A stretch of 64,000 nt of DNA from an uncultured Acidobacteriota bacterium (GCA_963704125.1 CAVPHA010000011.1:3801-67800); one strand, 5' to 3'; positions 26,743 through 39,817 are shown, numbered from the stretch's first letter. Notes: generated from the sequence alone by a model not told the origin. A program made the numbers and translations.

Positions 26743-29125
26743 TCAACCGCCGCTTGGTACGAGGGTCAGGGTGGTTTCCGTCTCGCCGGGCAGGAACGGC
26801 GTCGGTTCGCCGTTGACCCAGGCCTCGTGGCCGGCGCGATAGATACGGCGACATTGGGTGACCGCTCTGGCCACCGGGCATGTGGAAGTAGCCGTCCTCC
26901 TCGCGTCCGGGCGAGACCGCAAAACGCTCTGAAGCGCCGAACCCCGGGCTCTGAACCCGCGGCATGAGACTGTCCCCGGGCAGCTGAACGGGCGGCATGT
27001 TCAACCAGCCCGCGAGTTGGGGAACCGCCAGGCTGAGGGGATGCTGGATCCTGACCGTGTTGCGCTCTCCCCAGGTCCAGAGTTCGGGGTTGGGCCCGAT
27101 CTCGGTTTCGAAGTACGCCATTACGTTGTCCACCGCCGTCAGTAGGACCTGGTTCCACGCGGGATCATCAGGCCCCAGAAGCTCATCCGGGCGTTCGGTG
27201 ACCATTCGCCACAGGGAGTCCTCCCACTGGACGAAGCGGTAGATGCTGAAGCGCTCGTCGGCCTCGAGGAGCGGCGCCAGGAATCGGCCGTAGACGAGTT
27301 CGAAGGTCTCGATCCGGAAGGCGCGGACCAGACGGTAGGCTTGCGAGTCGATGCCGGCGTGGCCGGTCCAGGTGCTCTCGATGAGCTCGCGGAGGGTCTG
27401 CCGCGATGGGTGGCCGGCAACCGCCTCGTCGCTGAGGACCACGAGGGCGAGGTCCCGCCAGCGCTCGAGAAAGAGCGCCCGGTCGTCGAGCTGGATCGCG
27501 AGCATGTCCTGCTCATCGGCCGCCGACAGGGCCCTGAGGTCATCGCGGATCTGTTGCGCCCGGGCGCCGAGATCGAAGCCGCCGTCACCGAGGATCTCGA
27601 GGAACTCACCCGAGACCTGGCGGTTGTTGGCGGTCCATAGGATGCCGTCTTCCGGGTCGACGATCCGCGGGTAGGCATCGGGGGCGAGCCAGCCGTCCCA
27701 CGAGCGCGAGCCGTCGGCCCAGGAGGTCGGCACCAAGCCGCTGAATCCCTGTCGGTTCGGGATGCTGCCGATGATGGTCCAGCCGATCCGTCCGGTGGAG
27801 TCGGCGCAGACGAAGTTCTGCGGTGGGATGGCGGTCCGGTTGGCCGCCGCCATGGCCTCGTCGATGGTCGAGGTTTCCTCGATCTCGAAGAGGCCCATGT
27901 TGGCGCCCTCGACGGAGTGGGCGATCCAGCACAGGGCGCGCGGACGTCCGAGATGATCCTCGTCGACGACGGGTCCCCAGATCGTCCAGCGAGTTTCGAT
28001 GATCGCGGGTTCGCCGCCCCGGACCTCGATGGTCTCGGTGCGGATCTCGAAATCGCGTGGCCCGTCGGGCGTCAGGTACCTCACACCGTCCATCTCCAGG
28101 ATCACGAGATCCGACCAATCGCCGTAGGAATTGGTGAAGCCCCACGCGACCCGGGAGTTGCTCCCGGCGACGAGCGCCGGCGAGCCGGGGAGGGTGACGC
28201 CCGTGATGCGGCGGTCACCATCGCCGCCGCCGGCGGGCCACTCCATGCTGACCCGGAACCAGGTGTTGGGCAGACCCAGACCCAGGTGCATGTCATCGGC
28301 GAGAATGGCCCTCCCGTCGGCGGTTCGGGATCCGGCCACCGCCCAGTTGTTGCTGCCCACGACGGCGGCGGTCTCTTCCTCGGCGGCGATCACACTTGCC
28401 GGCGGCTTGTGGAGGCCGGTGATTGGCGGACCCGGGAGAGGTGGAGCGTCAAAGCGCTCGCCGTCGAGGGCGGCGTCCCAACTCGTCCCCGCCGGAACCA
28501 GAAACGCGGCAAGCTCGGGATCGATGAGATCGGCGAGCAGCCCGCGGGCGGATTCGCGGCTGCCGGTGGAGTCGTTGAGCTCGAAGTACATGGCGTAGAG
28601 CACGAGGACCGAGTCCTCGTCGCGCCAGGGTTCGGGGTCGAGACGGAGCAGCAGATACTCGAAGGGACTCTGGTCGAGGGCCGCCAGCCCCGCGTTGACG
28701 CCGTCGACATAGGCGCCGAGGAGCCTCCGGTGCTTCTCGGGCAGGCCCTGCACCAGGTTTTGGGCCAGGGCTCGGAAGGCGTGCACCCGGGATTCGCGAT
28801 CGGCCTCGACGGCGGCCGCACCGAAGAGCTCGGAGAGCTCGCCGGCGCCTTTGCGGCGAAGGAGATCCATCTGAAAGAAGCGTTCCTGGGCGTGGACGAA
28901 ACCGAGCCCCCGGGCGACATCCGCCCGGTTTTCCCCGCGGATGGTCGGCACCCCGAGGGCGTCGCGCTCGATGGTGACCGCGGCCGCAAGCCCGGCGACC
29001 CGAACCTCTCCATCGAGCAGGGGAAGGCTGCCGATGATGGCATTGCGGACGAACAGACCGGCGGCGAGAGCGAGCAGGAGCAGCGCAACCACCACGATCA
29101 GGACGATCTTGAGCCAACGACGCAT
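26743..29125 (-). pseudogene. penicillin-acylase-family Ntn hydrolase (S45; possible acyl-homoserine-lactone or beta-lactam acylase) with one 1-nt frameshift near the 3' end
   Basis: N-terminal TM, then ERDALGVPTIRGENRADVARGLGFVHAQERFFQMDLLRR and the nucleophile context GSNNWAV. After GGQSGHPMSPY the family-like C-terminus YRAGHEAWVNGEPTPFLPGETETTLTLVPSGG-stop (26743) is in the +1 frame, with an extra base near 26846. Confidence 0.85.
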
Positions 29126-29187
29126 GCGACCTCCTTTGGAACCTCAACACCCTAGCAAATGAACGGGGTTTGCGTGTCATCGCTGAT

Positions 29188-29236
29188 TCGAACCGCAAAG
29201 GCGCGAAGGGCGCCAAGTCGTCGCAACGTCGCAACC
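29188..29236. repeat. repeat family A copy
   Basis: TTCGAACCGCAAAGGCGCGAAGGGCGCCAAGTCGTCGCAACGTCGCAACC. It shares CGTCGCAACCAC with the inverted copy at 30034-30092. Confidence 0.65.
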
Positions 29237-29313
29237 ACGGGTTCCATGATTGTGGGCACCACCGGGGACAGCGTGGGCGAGGCGGCTTCGGCAGCTGAGA
29301 TCGAGCGGTAGGC

Positions 29314-29983
29314 CTATGACTGATTTGAGTCCATTTCGTAGCGATCGACGCGCATGGGTTCAGCGTGGGCTTTCTCCACCCAGTCGCGCATGGCGGGCAG
29401 CGCCCACACGGCTTCCATGTACTCCGCGGCGACGCCGGCCACTTCGACGCCATAGGTGCGGAACCGGCTGACGATCGGCGCGAAGAAGGCATCCGCAATG
29501 GTGAAGCTCCCGAAGAGGAGCTCGCCACCGGCGCCGAATTCACGTCGGCAGGACTCCCACACCGAGGTGATTCGCTGAATGTCGTCGTCCACGCCCGGGC
29601 CGCGACCGGCGCCCGGATATGAGGCTCGGATATTCATCGGCATGTTGCCGCGCACCGCCATGAAGCTCGAGTGCATCTCGGCGACCACCGAGCGGGCGAT
29701 GGCACGCGCACGATGAATCGGCGGGCCAAAGACCCGCGTCGGGAAAGCGTTCGGCGAGGTACTCGCAGATGGCGAGGGAGTCCCAGATGACGAGGTCGCC
29801 GTCGCGCAGCGCGGGAACCCGGCCGCTCGGCGACCAGCGCAGGATCTCGGCAGCGGTCTCGGGCCGGCCGAGAGGGACCACGACCTCGTCGAATTCCGCC
29901 CCGGTCGCCGTGAGCGCGAGCCAGGCCCGGAGCGACCACGACGAGTAGTTGCGGTTGGCGATGATGAGGGTGAGCTTGGCCAT
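29314..29983 (-). pseudogene. glutathione S-transferase, split by one frameshift near 29700
   Basis: N-terminal thioredoxin-like half: MAKLTLIIANRNYSSWSLRAWLALTATGAEFDEVVVPLG…VPALRDGDLVIWDSLAICEYLAE. The C-terminal helical half is in another frame: …FGSFTIADAFFAPIVSRFRTYGVEV…. Confidence 0.8.
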
Positions 29984-30033
29984 GCGGTTCCTCCAAACGA
30001 AGAAGATCGAGTGTAGACGAAGGCCGCCGAAAT

Positions 30034-30092
30034 TTCTTCGCGGCTTCGTGGCTTCGTGTCTAGGTGGTTGCGACGGTGCGATACCGCGATGT
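30034..30092. repeat. repeat family A-related copy, inverted relative to 29188-29236
   Basis: TTCTTCGCGGCTTCGTGGCTTCGTGTCTAGGTGGTTGCGACGGTGCGATACCGCGATG. Confidence 0.6.
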
Positions 30093-30108
30093 CCGCTGCG
30101 GTGCTCGT

Positions 30109-32288
30109 CTACGTCCGATCGAGGGTGCGCCGGATGGCGGTCTCCAGATCCACGAGGGAGTAGGGTTTTTCAAGCACGAGTCTGATTGGTGTCGGTCTGG
30201 CCATCGACGGGGAGGTCCTGGGGATAGCCGCTGACAAAGAGCACGGCGGTGCTCGGACGATCCGAGACCAGGGTGTCGGCCAGTTCGCGGCCGCCGATCT
30301 TCGGCATGACGACATCGGTGACCAGGAGATCGATGGTTCCGTCGAACGACCGGGCCTGCTCGAGCGCCGCGGCGCCGTCGGCGGCCTCGATCACCCGGTA
30401 GCCGAGACCGCTCAGGTACTCGGCGGTCAGAGACCGAACGGTGGGTTCATCTTCGGCGAGCAGGATCGTTTCGGCCCCGCCGGAGCCGGTCCGCGCCGAT
30501 TCGATTTTCGTCGGGCTGTTCTGCCTTTGGCCGGTGGCTGCGCGGCAAGTGAATGCGAAAGGTCGTGCCCTGGTCTTCGGCGCTCTCACAGGTGATGTAG
30601 CCGCCGTGCTGTTTGACGATGCCGTAGGCGACCGCCAGACCGAGACCGGTTCCGCGGGTCGGTGAACGTTTGCTGAAAAAAGGCTCGAAGACCCTCGATC
30701 GGGTCTGCTCGTCCATTCCGCGACCGTTGTCCGCGACCTCGATCTGAACAAACTGGTTTGGTTCGTCGGACTCGCTCCCACCGTGATCGATGACGACGTT
30801 GCCGACTCCGATGTCGAGTCGACCTCCCTCGGGCATGGCTGCTCTGGCGTTGAGCGCGAGATTGATGAGAATCTGGGTGAGTTGCCCCGGATCGATGGCG
30901 ACCGGCCATACATCAGGGCCGGTTTTCAAGGCCAAATCGACATGCGCCCCGAGTGTGCGTCGGAGCAGTGATTGAGTTTCCTCGACAGTCTCATCGGGGG
31001 CGATGACCCGTGTCCGGCTCACTTGCTTGCGGCCGAACGCGAGGAGTTGGCGTGAAAGATCGCTCCCCCGGCGAACGACGGTTTCGACTTGGGAGATGAA
31101 GTCGTGGCCGTCAGGAAGGGTTGCGAGCTGGTTTCGGCGGATGTCTATCTCGCCCTGGAGGACCATCAGAAGGTTGTTGAAGTCGTGCGCGACGCCACCG
31201 GCGAGACGCCCGAGCGCCTCCATTTTCTGAACCTGCTGCTCCTCATCCTCGACGATGGTGATCCGAGGTTCGCGGATGAGGTCTTGCGCCGCCGACGTTC
31301 CCTCGCCTGGATACTCAACGCGATTCCGAAGAGGATCACAAGCCCGACTACGACCGTCAGCTCCCGTCTGAATCTCGATCTCCCGCAGCCACCCGGAACG
31401 AAAGACCACAAGGTGAATGATCGGGATGACCGAGGCGTAGGCGTAGGCCGAGACCACCAGGGTGGCGCTGTGGGTGGTGGTCGCCGGAATCGGAGCCGCA
31501 CGTCTCGACGCTTCGATTCCGATAGGTCGCCGCGGCGATGATGGCGAAGTAGGGCAGCGACCACACGACATCGAGGGGAGTTCCGTAGCTCACGACGTCG
31601 ATGCCGACCAGTCCGAGGGCATCCAGGAGATCGGTGACTCCCCAGACAAACATCGCCGCGCCGAAGAGGGCGTAGATCACCTGCCAGCGCCCGCGGGCGA
31701 TGAACATGCGAATCAAGAAAACGGCGGCGAACACGAAATCCAGCGGTGGCAGAAGAACACGTAGGATGGGGCTGCACTCAAGAACGCGGCGGGTTCGAAG
31801 ATCAGGGTGAGTCCGACAAAATAGAAGTACGACCACAGGACGACTCCGAGCCCCGCTGCCGCGCACAGCCAGCGCGAGCCCCAGCCCGTGATCGGCCAGT
31901 GATATCTGCAGGGGCGCTGTTCGACCGCGATCATCAGCAGGGGATAGAAGAGAAGAAACGCACCGTCCTCGAGGAGACCCAGCAGGAGTGATCGGTCTCC
32001 TTCGGGTTGGAACGCGATATCGGCGATGAACCACGCCGAAAACGCCGCCAGCGTCAGCGCCCAGAATCGCCGTTCGGACGGGGTTGAAAGCTGGGAAATC
32101 CCGTCCGCCAGGGCAAGGACAAGCAATGCCCGAAGGGGCAGATCGAGGAACACACCAGACCGCCTCCGTGTTTCCTCGCTGAACAATCCGTTCAGGTGAA
32201 CGACGAGGTTGAACACGAAGAGCGCCATCGCCGCCGATGGGATCGCGTTCTTCGGATCATGTTGAGCGTCGGTTTCTGTCGACGTCAT
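30109..32288 (-). pseudogene. membrane-bound hybrid sensor histidine kinase / response regulator, at least 4 frameshifts
   Basis: The multi-TM N-terminal region lies in two frames. Kinase core: H-box GGVAHDFNNLL, N-box LINLALNARAAM, DNGRGM, GTGLGLA. Receiver: ILLAEDEPTVRSL…DLLVTDVVMP…FVSGY, with the tail VLEKPYSLVDLETAIRRTL. The pieces change frame near 31740, 31520, 30545 and 30185. Confidence 0.8.
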
Positions 32289-32417
32289 TCGGGCGTCTCC
32301 GATCTAGCGGATGATCGCTCCTCTCCAACTGTCGATGGCTGGTGAGATAGTCTACGCGGTTCCGTCGCATCGACAGATGGCGCCGATGATCCCCGTGGTT
32401 CTCCGTGATCTCCGTGT

Positions 32418-32527
32418 TTCAAACGCGAGGTCGACGTCGCGATGGTGCGATGCTTTGCGTACTTGCGCCCTTGCGGTGAAAGTGCGATGTGTCCGTGACG
32501 TCTTCGCGGTTCATTCCCGTGTGACGT
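32418..32527. repeat. repeat family A copy (preceded by the CTCCGTGATCTCCGTG unit)
   Basis: AAACGCGAGGTCGACGTCGCGATGGTGCGATGCTTTGCGTACTTGCGCCCTTGCGGTGAAAGTGCGATGTGTCCGTGACGTCTTCGCGGTTCATTCCCGTGTGACG. Confidence 0.75.
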
Positions 32528-32568
32528 TACAATGTGGCGCCCGGCGGTGATGTCGGGATGGAGGGCAT

Positions 32569-33817
32569 GTGACGATCGATCGTGACGCAACGAGCTTCGC
32601 GACCGGATTCGAACCGCCTTCCCGGCGCTGGCCGGCGACACCGTCTTTCTCGAGAACGCCGGCGGGTCCCAGGTGCCCGCCGTCGGTGGCCGACGCGCAT
32701 CCGCGACTACATGGTCTCGAGCTATGTCCAGCTCGGCGCCGGCTACCCGCTGTCGCAGCGGGCCACGGCCATGGTCGACGAGGCGCACGATTTCGTGCGG
32801 CTGCTCTTCAACGGCACCGATGGCGAGGTCATCCTCGGCCCGTCGACCTCGGCGCTGCTGCAGATGCTGGCCACCAGCTACTCGAAGGTCCTGATCACCG
32901 GGTGACGAGGTCGTCGTCGCTCAGATCGGTCACGAGGCCAATGTCGGTCCGTGGAAGAAGCTCGCCGAGCACGGGATCGAGCTGAGGTGGTGGAAGATGG
33001 ATCCGACGGATTGCTCCTCGCCGCATCGAGGATCTCGAGGAGCTCCTGAGCGACCGAACGGCGCTGGTCGCTTTCCCGCACGTGTCGAATCTGCTCGGTG
33101 AGATCCTCGATGTCCCGGCGATCACCGAGACTCGCCCATCGGGCCGGCGCCGGGTGGTGGTGGACGGGGTCGCCTACGCCCCGCACCGGGCGATGGATGT
33201 CGCTGCGTGGGACGTCGATTTCTACGCCTACTCGACCTACAAGGTCTACGGACCGCACATGGCGGCCCTGTGGGCGAGCCGGGACGCGCTGGCCGAACTC
33301 CAGGGCCCGAACCACTTCTTCATTCCGGACGACGAGGTGCCCTACAAGTTCGAGCTCGGCGGTGTCAGCCACGAGGGTTGCGCCGGGATCCTCGGTCTGC
33401 GCGACTACCTCGCGATGCTCGCCGGGGTGGGGGAGCCCGAGCGCCCTCGATCGGGCGGCGGTGGAGAGGGCGTTCGAGCTCATGACCGCGTGCGAGCTGC
33501 CGCTCCAGGAGCGGTTGGTGGACTATCTGCGGTCGCGGTCGGATGTCCGGATCATCGGGCCCGGCCACGCCGGCCCGTCACGGGTCGGGACCATCAGTTT
33601 CGTCCACGAGACCAAGACCTCGCGCGAGATCACCGAGGTGGTCGACCGATCGGGAATCGCCATCCGCCACGGCCACATGTACGCCTACCATCTGTGCGAG
33701 GCCCTCGGGATGGATCCCGACGACGGCGTCGTGCGGGTCAGCCTGGTCCACTACAACACGCCGGAGGAGATCGAGCGGCTGATCGAGGTTCTCGACCGAG
33801 CGCTGGGGACCACCTGA
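32569..33817 (+). pseudogene. class-V aminotransferase / cysteine-desulfurase-like PLP enzyme, at least 6 frameshifts
   Basis: Collinear blocks in alternating frames: ELRDRIRTAFPALAGDTVFLENAGGSQVPAV, IRDYMVSSYVQLGAGYPLS…EVILGPSTSALLQMLA, DEVVVAQIGHEANVGPWKKLAEHGIELRWW, LVAFPHVSNLLGEILDV…VDGVAYAPH…DFYAYSTYKVYGPH (PLP-Lys context) and …VVRVSLVHYNTPEEIERLIEVL. Confidence 0.8.
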
Positions 33818-33905
33818 GGATGGTCATTCTGAGCGGGCGGAGCGAGCTCGGCCAACCCCCGCGAAGCTGCCCGGAGCGTGACAGGGTGAGAACCGGCGAC
33901 CTGTC

Positions 33906-36622
<2,717 letters not shown>

Positions 36623-36808
36623 GCGTACCTCCCACCCCTCGTTCGACCCTGCGGTTCGGATCGGGGGCTCATCGAACAACTCAGCCAGTCAGTGTCTCGG
36701 CTGTCGATATCTTCAACCTCATTTTTTCGAGATGTATTCTCAATTCATATCCGGAATCGTGTGCTACCTTTCCCCTACGAGCGAGCCTTTCGGCTTTGGA
36801 GGAAATCG

Positions 36809-37141
36809 ATGGATTGGCCGCGGTGCATCGTGCTCGGTCTCATCTTTGTGGTTTTCCATTCGCCCGCCCCCGCCGCCGAGGTGATCGAGGTTTCCGAAGA
36901 CGCCCTCGAGCGGGTCGTACTGGTTGCCGGCGAAGCGCCGTCGACCTGGCGGCGCGGCGCCGATGTGCCGTACCCGCTCACCGCCGACTGGAGCAACACC
37001 GGCGAACCGCCGCTTTTCGTCGATGGTTTCGAGTCGGGGACACGAGCGGTTGGACCCTCACTTTTCCCTGATTTGACACCGGATCGCAATTCGGATACGG
37101 TTTTCGCACAAGATTGGAAATTGTCCATCCGGATGCGATAA
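36809..37141 (+). CDS. small exported hypothetical protein (110 aa) with an internal degenerate FVDGFESG motif
   Basis: GGAGG (36798-36802) lies 6 nt before the ATG at 36809. Signal peptide MDWPRCIVLGLIFVVFHSPAPAA. Its stop is about 30-40 nt upstream of the radical SAM gene on the same strand. Confidence 0.5.
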   Translation: MDWPRCIVLGLIFVVFHSPAPAAEVIEVSEDALERVVLVAGEAPSTWRRGADVPYPLTADWSNTGEPPLFVDGFESGTRAVGPSLFPDLTPDRNSDTVFAQDWKLSIRMR

Positions 37142-37170
37142 CCGACGGGTGGTCGCGATAATCGGCGAAG

Positions 37171-38424
37171 GTGGTGTTTATGGCGATCGTCGAGACCTGG
37201 GGTCGCGTCCGTGACCGATACCGAATTCTGGCATCGGTCGAGCCCGAGCTCAAGCCGGCTTCTGCTTACCTCAACTGGGCCCGAACCAACTGGGAAATGT
37301 GGCGGCGAACCTCGAAGATCGGCGCGCGGCCGCTCAAACTGACCTTTGACCCGATCAGCGTCTGCCAGCTACGATGCCCGCTCTGCCCGACCGGGCGCGG
37401 ACTCCAGGACCGCGGTGCTGGGCACGCGAAGTTTCATATATTTCAGCACCTCATGGACGAGATAGGTGACCAGATCTTCTTTATCGACTTCTACAACTGG
37501 GGCGAACCGTTGCTCAACAAGCACCTCGAGGAGATGATCGAGCTCGCCACCCGCAAGCGGATCATGACCGCGATGAGCACGAACCTCAGCTTGCCGCTGA
37601 CCGACGAGCGCGCCCGCAAGCTGGTCGGCTCCGGTCTCGGCGAGCTCATCTGTTCGCTCGACGGTTCGAGCCAGGAAACCTATGAGACCTACCGGCGGCG
37701 CGGCAACTTCGCGCTGGCGGTGGAGAATCTGCGCCGGATCGTGCGGGCGAAGGCCGAGCTCGGCAGCAGCCGGCCTTCGATCATCTGGCGGATGTACGTT
37801 TTCAAATTCAACGAACACGAGGTCGAGAGCGCCCGCGCGCTCGCCGCCGAGGTCGGGGTTGACCGCTTTGTGCTCGGCTCGCCCTACCTCGAGAACGATC
37901 AGTTCGCGATGACCGAGACCGAGCGCGCCGAGGCCCGGTCCTGGGCGCCGTCTGATCCCGCCAGAAACCGCTACAACATGTCGCACCCGGACTACGTCGA
38001 GCCGGAGGGCAACACAGCCGTGCGCAGTCGTTGCGATTGGCACTACCTTTCGACCGCCATCAACCCAGACGGCGGCGTCGCCCCGTGTTGTGCAGTCTTC
38101 AAGAAAGCCCATGATTTCGGCAGTCTCGAGGAACCGGGAGATCCGTCCGGTGCCGTCGCCTACATGGACGTCGTCAACAACCCGAGTTTCGTCAGCATCC
38201 GCGACCGCTTCGCCGGACGTCGCAGCGAGCCGACAGGCCTCGTCTGCGAGACCTGCCCGACGCCGGATCTCATGTCCTACGGCCGGACCATGAACCGGCA
38301 GGTCGCATTTCTGACCTTGGTCAGCTTCATCGAGATGATCCGCCGCCTCGGACGACCGGGGGCAGCGTCATGGCGGCAGGCCCCGCCGCTGGTGGCCGAT
38401 CCGGACCAGCTGCCGGTGGCCTGA
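37171..38424 (+). CDS. radical SAM enzyme with a Cys-rich SPASM/twitch-like C-terminal extension
   Basis: CxxxCxxC cluster CQLRCPLC (37363-37386), NWGEPLL, and the C-terminal Cys set RCDWHY…GGVAPCCAVF…LVCETCP. The likely start is ATG 37180, preceded by GAAGG. Confidence 0.8.
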   Translation: MVFMAIVETWGRVRDRYRILASVEPELKPASAYLNWARTNWEMWRRTSKIGARPLKLTFDPISVCQLRCPLCPTGRGLQDRGAGHAKFHIFQHLMDEIGDQIFFIDFYNWGEPLLNKHLEEMIELATRKRIMTAMSTNLSLPLTDERARKLVGSGLGELICSLDGSSQETYETYRRRGNFALAVENLRRIVRAKAELGSSRPSIIWRMYVFKFNEHEVESARALAAEVGVDRFVLGSPYLENDQFAMTETERAEARSWAPSDPARNRYNMSHPDYVEPEGNTAVRSRCDWHYLSTAINPDGGVAPCCAVFKKAHDFGSLEEPGDPSGAVAYMDVVNNPSFVSIRDRFAGRRSEPTGLVCETCPTPDLMSYGRTMNRQVAFLTLVSFIEMIRRLGRPGAASWRQAPPLVADPDQLPVA

Positions 38425-38582
38425 CCGGTTCGCGACCGATCCGCCTCACCCACTGGCGGTGCGGGGACCGGATCTGCTGAACCGGTGGAGAGTGGGATGA
38501 CACAGACATTGGCCCGGGAAGCGATCCCCGGGCCACGGTCTGATTGATTGTCTTCGAACCAGGTCGGAGCGGGCCCGACCGG

Positions 38583-39053
38583 TCAGCTGGTGACGAGTTC
38601 CATCCCGCAGGCGCAGTTGCCGGGCTCGGATGCGACGAAGTTGCATGTGCACGAGCCACCGCAGTTGCAGTAGTAGAGACCCTTGCCTTCGAGGTTGACC
38701 TGTTTGACCTCTTTGCCGCAGGTACACTTGGTCGGATCCTCGGAATTGAGTTCACAGGTGCAGTCCCCGCCGCACGAGCACAGCGTGGCCACATTTCCGT
38801 CCATCTTGAGCAGGTGGGCCTGGGCCAGCTCGCTGCCGCAGCCGCAGGTTCCGGGTTCCAGAGCGACGGCTCCGCAATCGCACTCGGGGCCGCAGCTGCA
38901 AACGTAGACAAGATCGTTGCGCGCCTCGACGACGGGCTGCTCTTCGACGACGTCAACCACCACTTCTTCGACCGGGGCTTCGGTCGCAGAGCCGCCGCAA
39001 CCGAGCGCCGCCACCATGGCAAAGATCACCACCGCAAGACTCACGTTCTTCAT
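38583..39053 (-). CDS. exported Cys-rich lipoprotein with three CxCGxxCxC-x9-CxCG repeats (metallothionein-like, putative metal binding)
   Basis: GGAGGG RBS and ATG at 39053. Lipoprotein signal MKNVSLAVVIFAMVAALGC, then an acidic linker. The three repeats are YVCSCGPECDCGAVALEPGTCGCGSEL, TLCSCGGDCTCELNSEDPTKCTCGKEV and YYCNCGGSCTCNFVASEPGNCACGMEL (18 Cys). Confidence 0.7.
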   Translation of the reverse strand: MKNVSLAVVIFAMVAALGCGGSATEAPVEEVVVDVVEEQPVVEARNDLVYVCSCGPECDCGAVALEPGTCGCGSELAQAHLLKMDGNVATLCSCGGDCTCELNSEDPTKCTCGKEVKQVNLEGKGLYYCNCGGSCTCNFVASEPGNCACGMELVTS

Positions 39054-39354
39054 AATTTTCCCTCCATCGGCCTCCCGGACGGTGGCCGCATTGAAGGGGT
39101 GAGAATAACACGCGTAGATTCGACTTGTGGCGCAACGGAGGATAAAGTCGTCAACGGTTTCGAAACCGGCCCTCTCCAATCGGCGAGCCGGGCGTGGTTG
39201 ATTTCGTTATGGGGAGATAGTCAGATGATGGTGGTGAGTTGAGAAGATCGAGCACCGAAGGGAACCTCCCGGCGTTCAGATGAAATCGGCCCATGGTATC
39301 CTCGCCGCGTTGAGCCGGATTCAAACTCATCCGAGCCGTCGACCGCATGGGCCG

Positions 39355-39726
39355 ATGCGAAGGTCGGGCGTCAAACCTGTGAAGGCGGTCGCCGTGGCTG
39401 CCGTGATCGTGATCTTCCTGCTGCCATCGATCCCCGTGACCGTCGACTCGGGAAACGGGGTTCCGACGATGTGCAGGTGCGGATGTGGGAACCCCGAGGG
39501 GAGATGCTGCTGCACCGCGCCCCGGACCTCCCAGTTGGCGCTTGGCTGCGCTGAGCAGCAAGACCCGAAATTCTCGATCGACACCGCGGGCGGTGGCAAG
39601 CTCATCGGTCCGCCGGAGCCCATCGATCTGACTCGTCCCATGCCGGTCTTGGCGGATCTGGCGGATCTCGAATTCGATTTTTCCGATCTCGATCCCCGGC
39701 CTGAAGTCCCGCCTCCAAGAGTCTGA
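39355..39726 (+). CDS. small membrane-anchored protein with a CRCGCG-x6-CCC cluster
   Basis: MRRSGVKPVKAVAVAAVIVIFLLPSIPV (TM) followed by MCRCGCGNPEGRCCCTAP. It sits immediately upstream of the TonB-dependent receptor on the same strand. An alternative start lies at 39280. Confidence 0.5.
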   Translation: MRRSGVKPVKAVAVAAVIVIFLLPSIPVTVDSGNGVPTMCRCGCGNPEGRCCCTAPRTSQLALGCAEQQDPKFSIDTAGGGKLIGPPEPIDLTRPMPVLADLADLEFDFSDLDPRPEVPPPRV

Positions 39727-39817
39727 GCCGCCCTTTCTGTCGCAAGAAATCTACGCCCGCTCCGCGGGTCGACCAGGCGTGTGGGGACGATGCCGACGCG
39801 CCGAAAGAGGAACGCTC

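Noticed and set aside
29186-29200. T-loop-like strings (GATTCGAACC) and similar GGTTCGAA hits elsewhere, checked as possible tRNA genes.
   Set aside because: No acceptor stem or anticodon arm can be built around them. They fall inside repeat family A or inside coding sequences.
37171-39053. Cys-rich lipoprotein as the direct substrate of the adjacent radical SAM/SPASM enzyme (SCIFF/ranthipeptide-like RiPP pair).
   Set aside because: The genes are convergent rather than co-transcribed. The Cys-rich protein has a Sec/lipobox signal and is far larger than typical precursors. I keep this only as a remote possibility and cannot support it from sequence.
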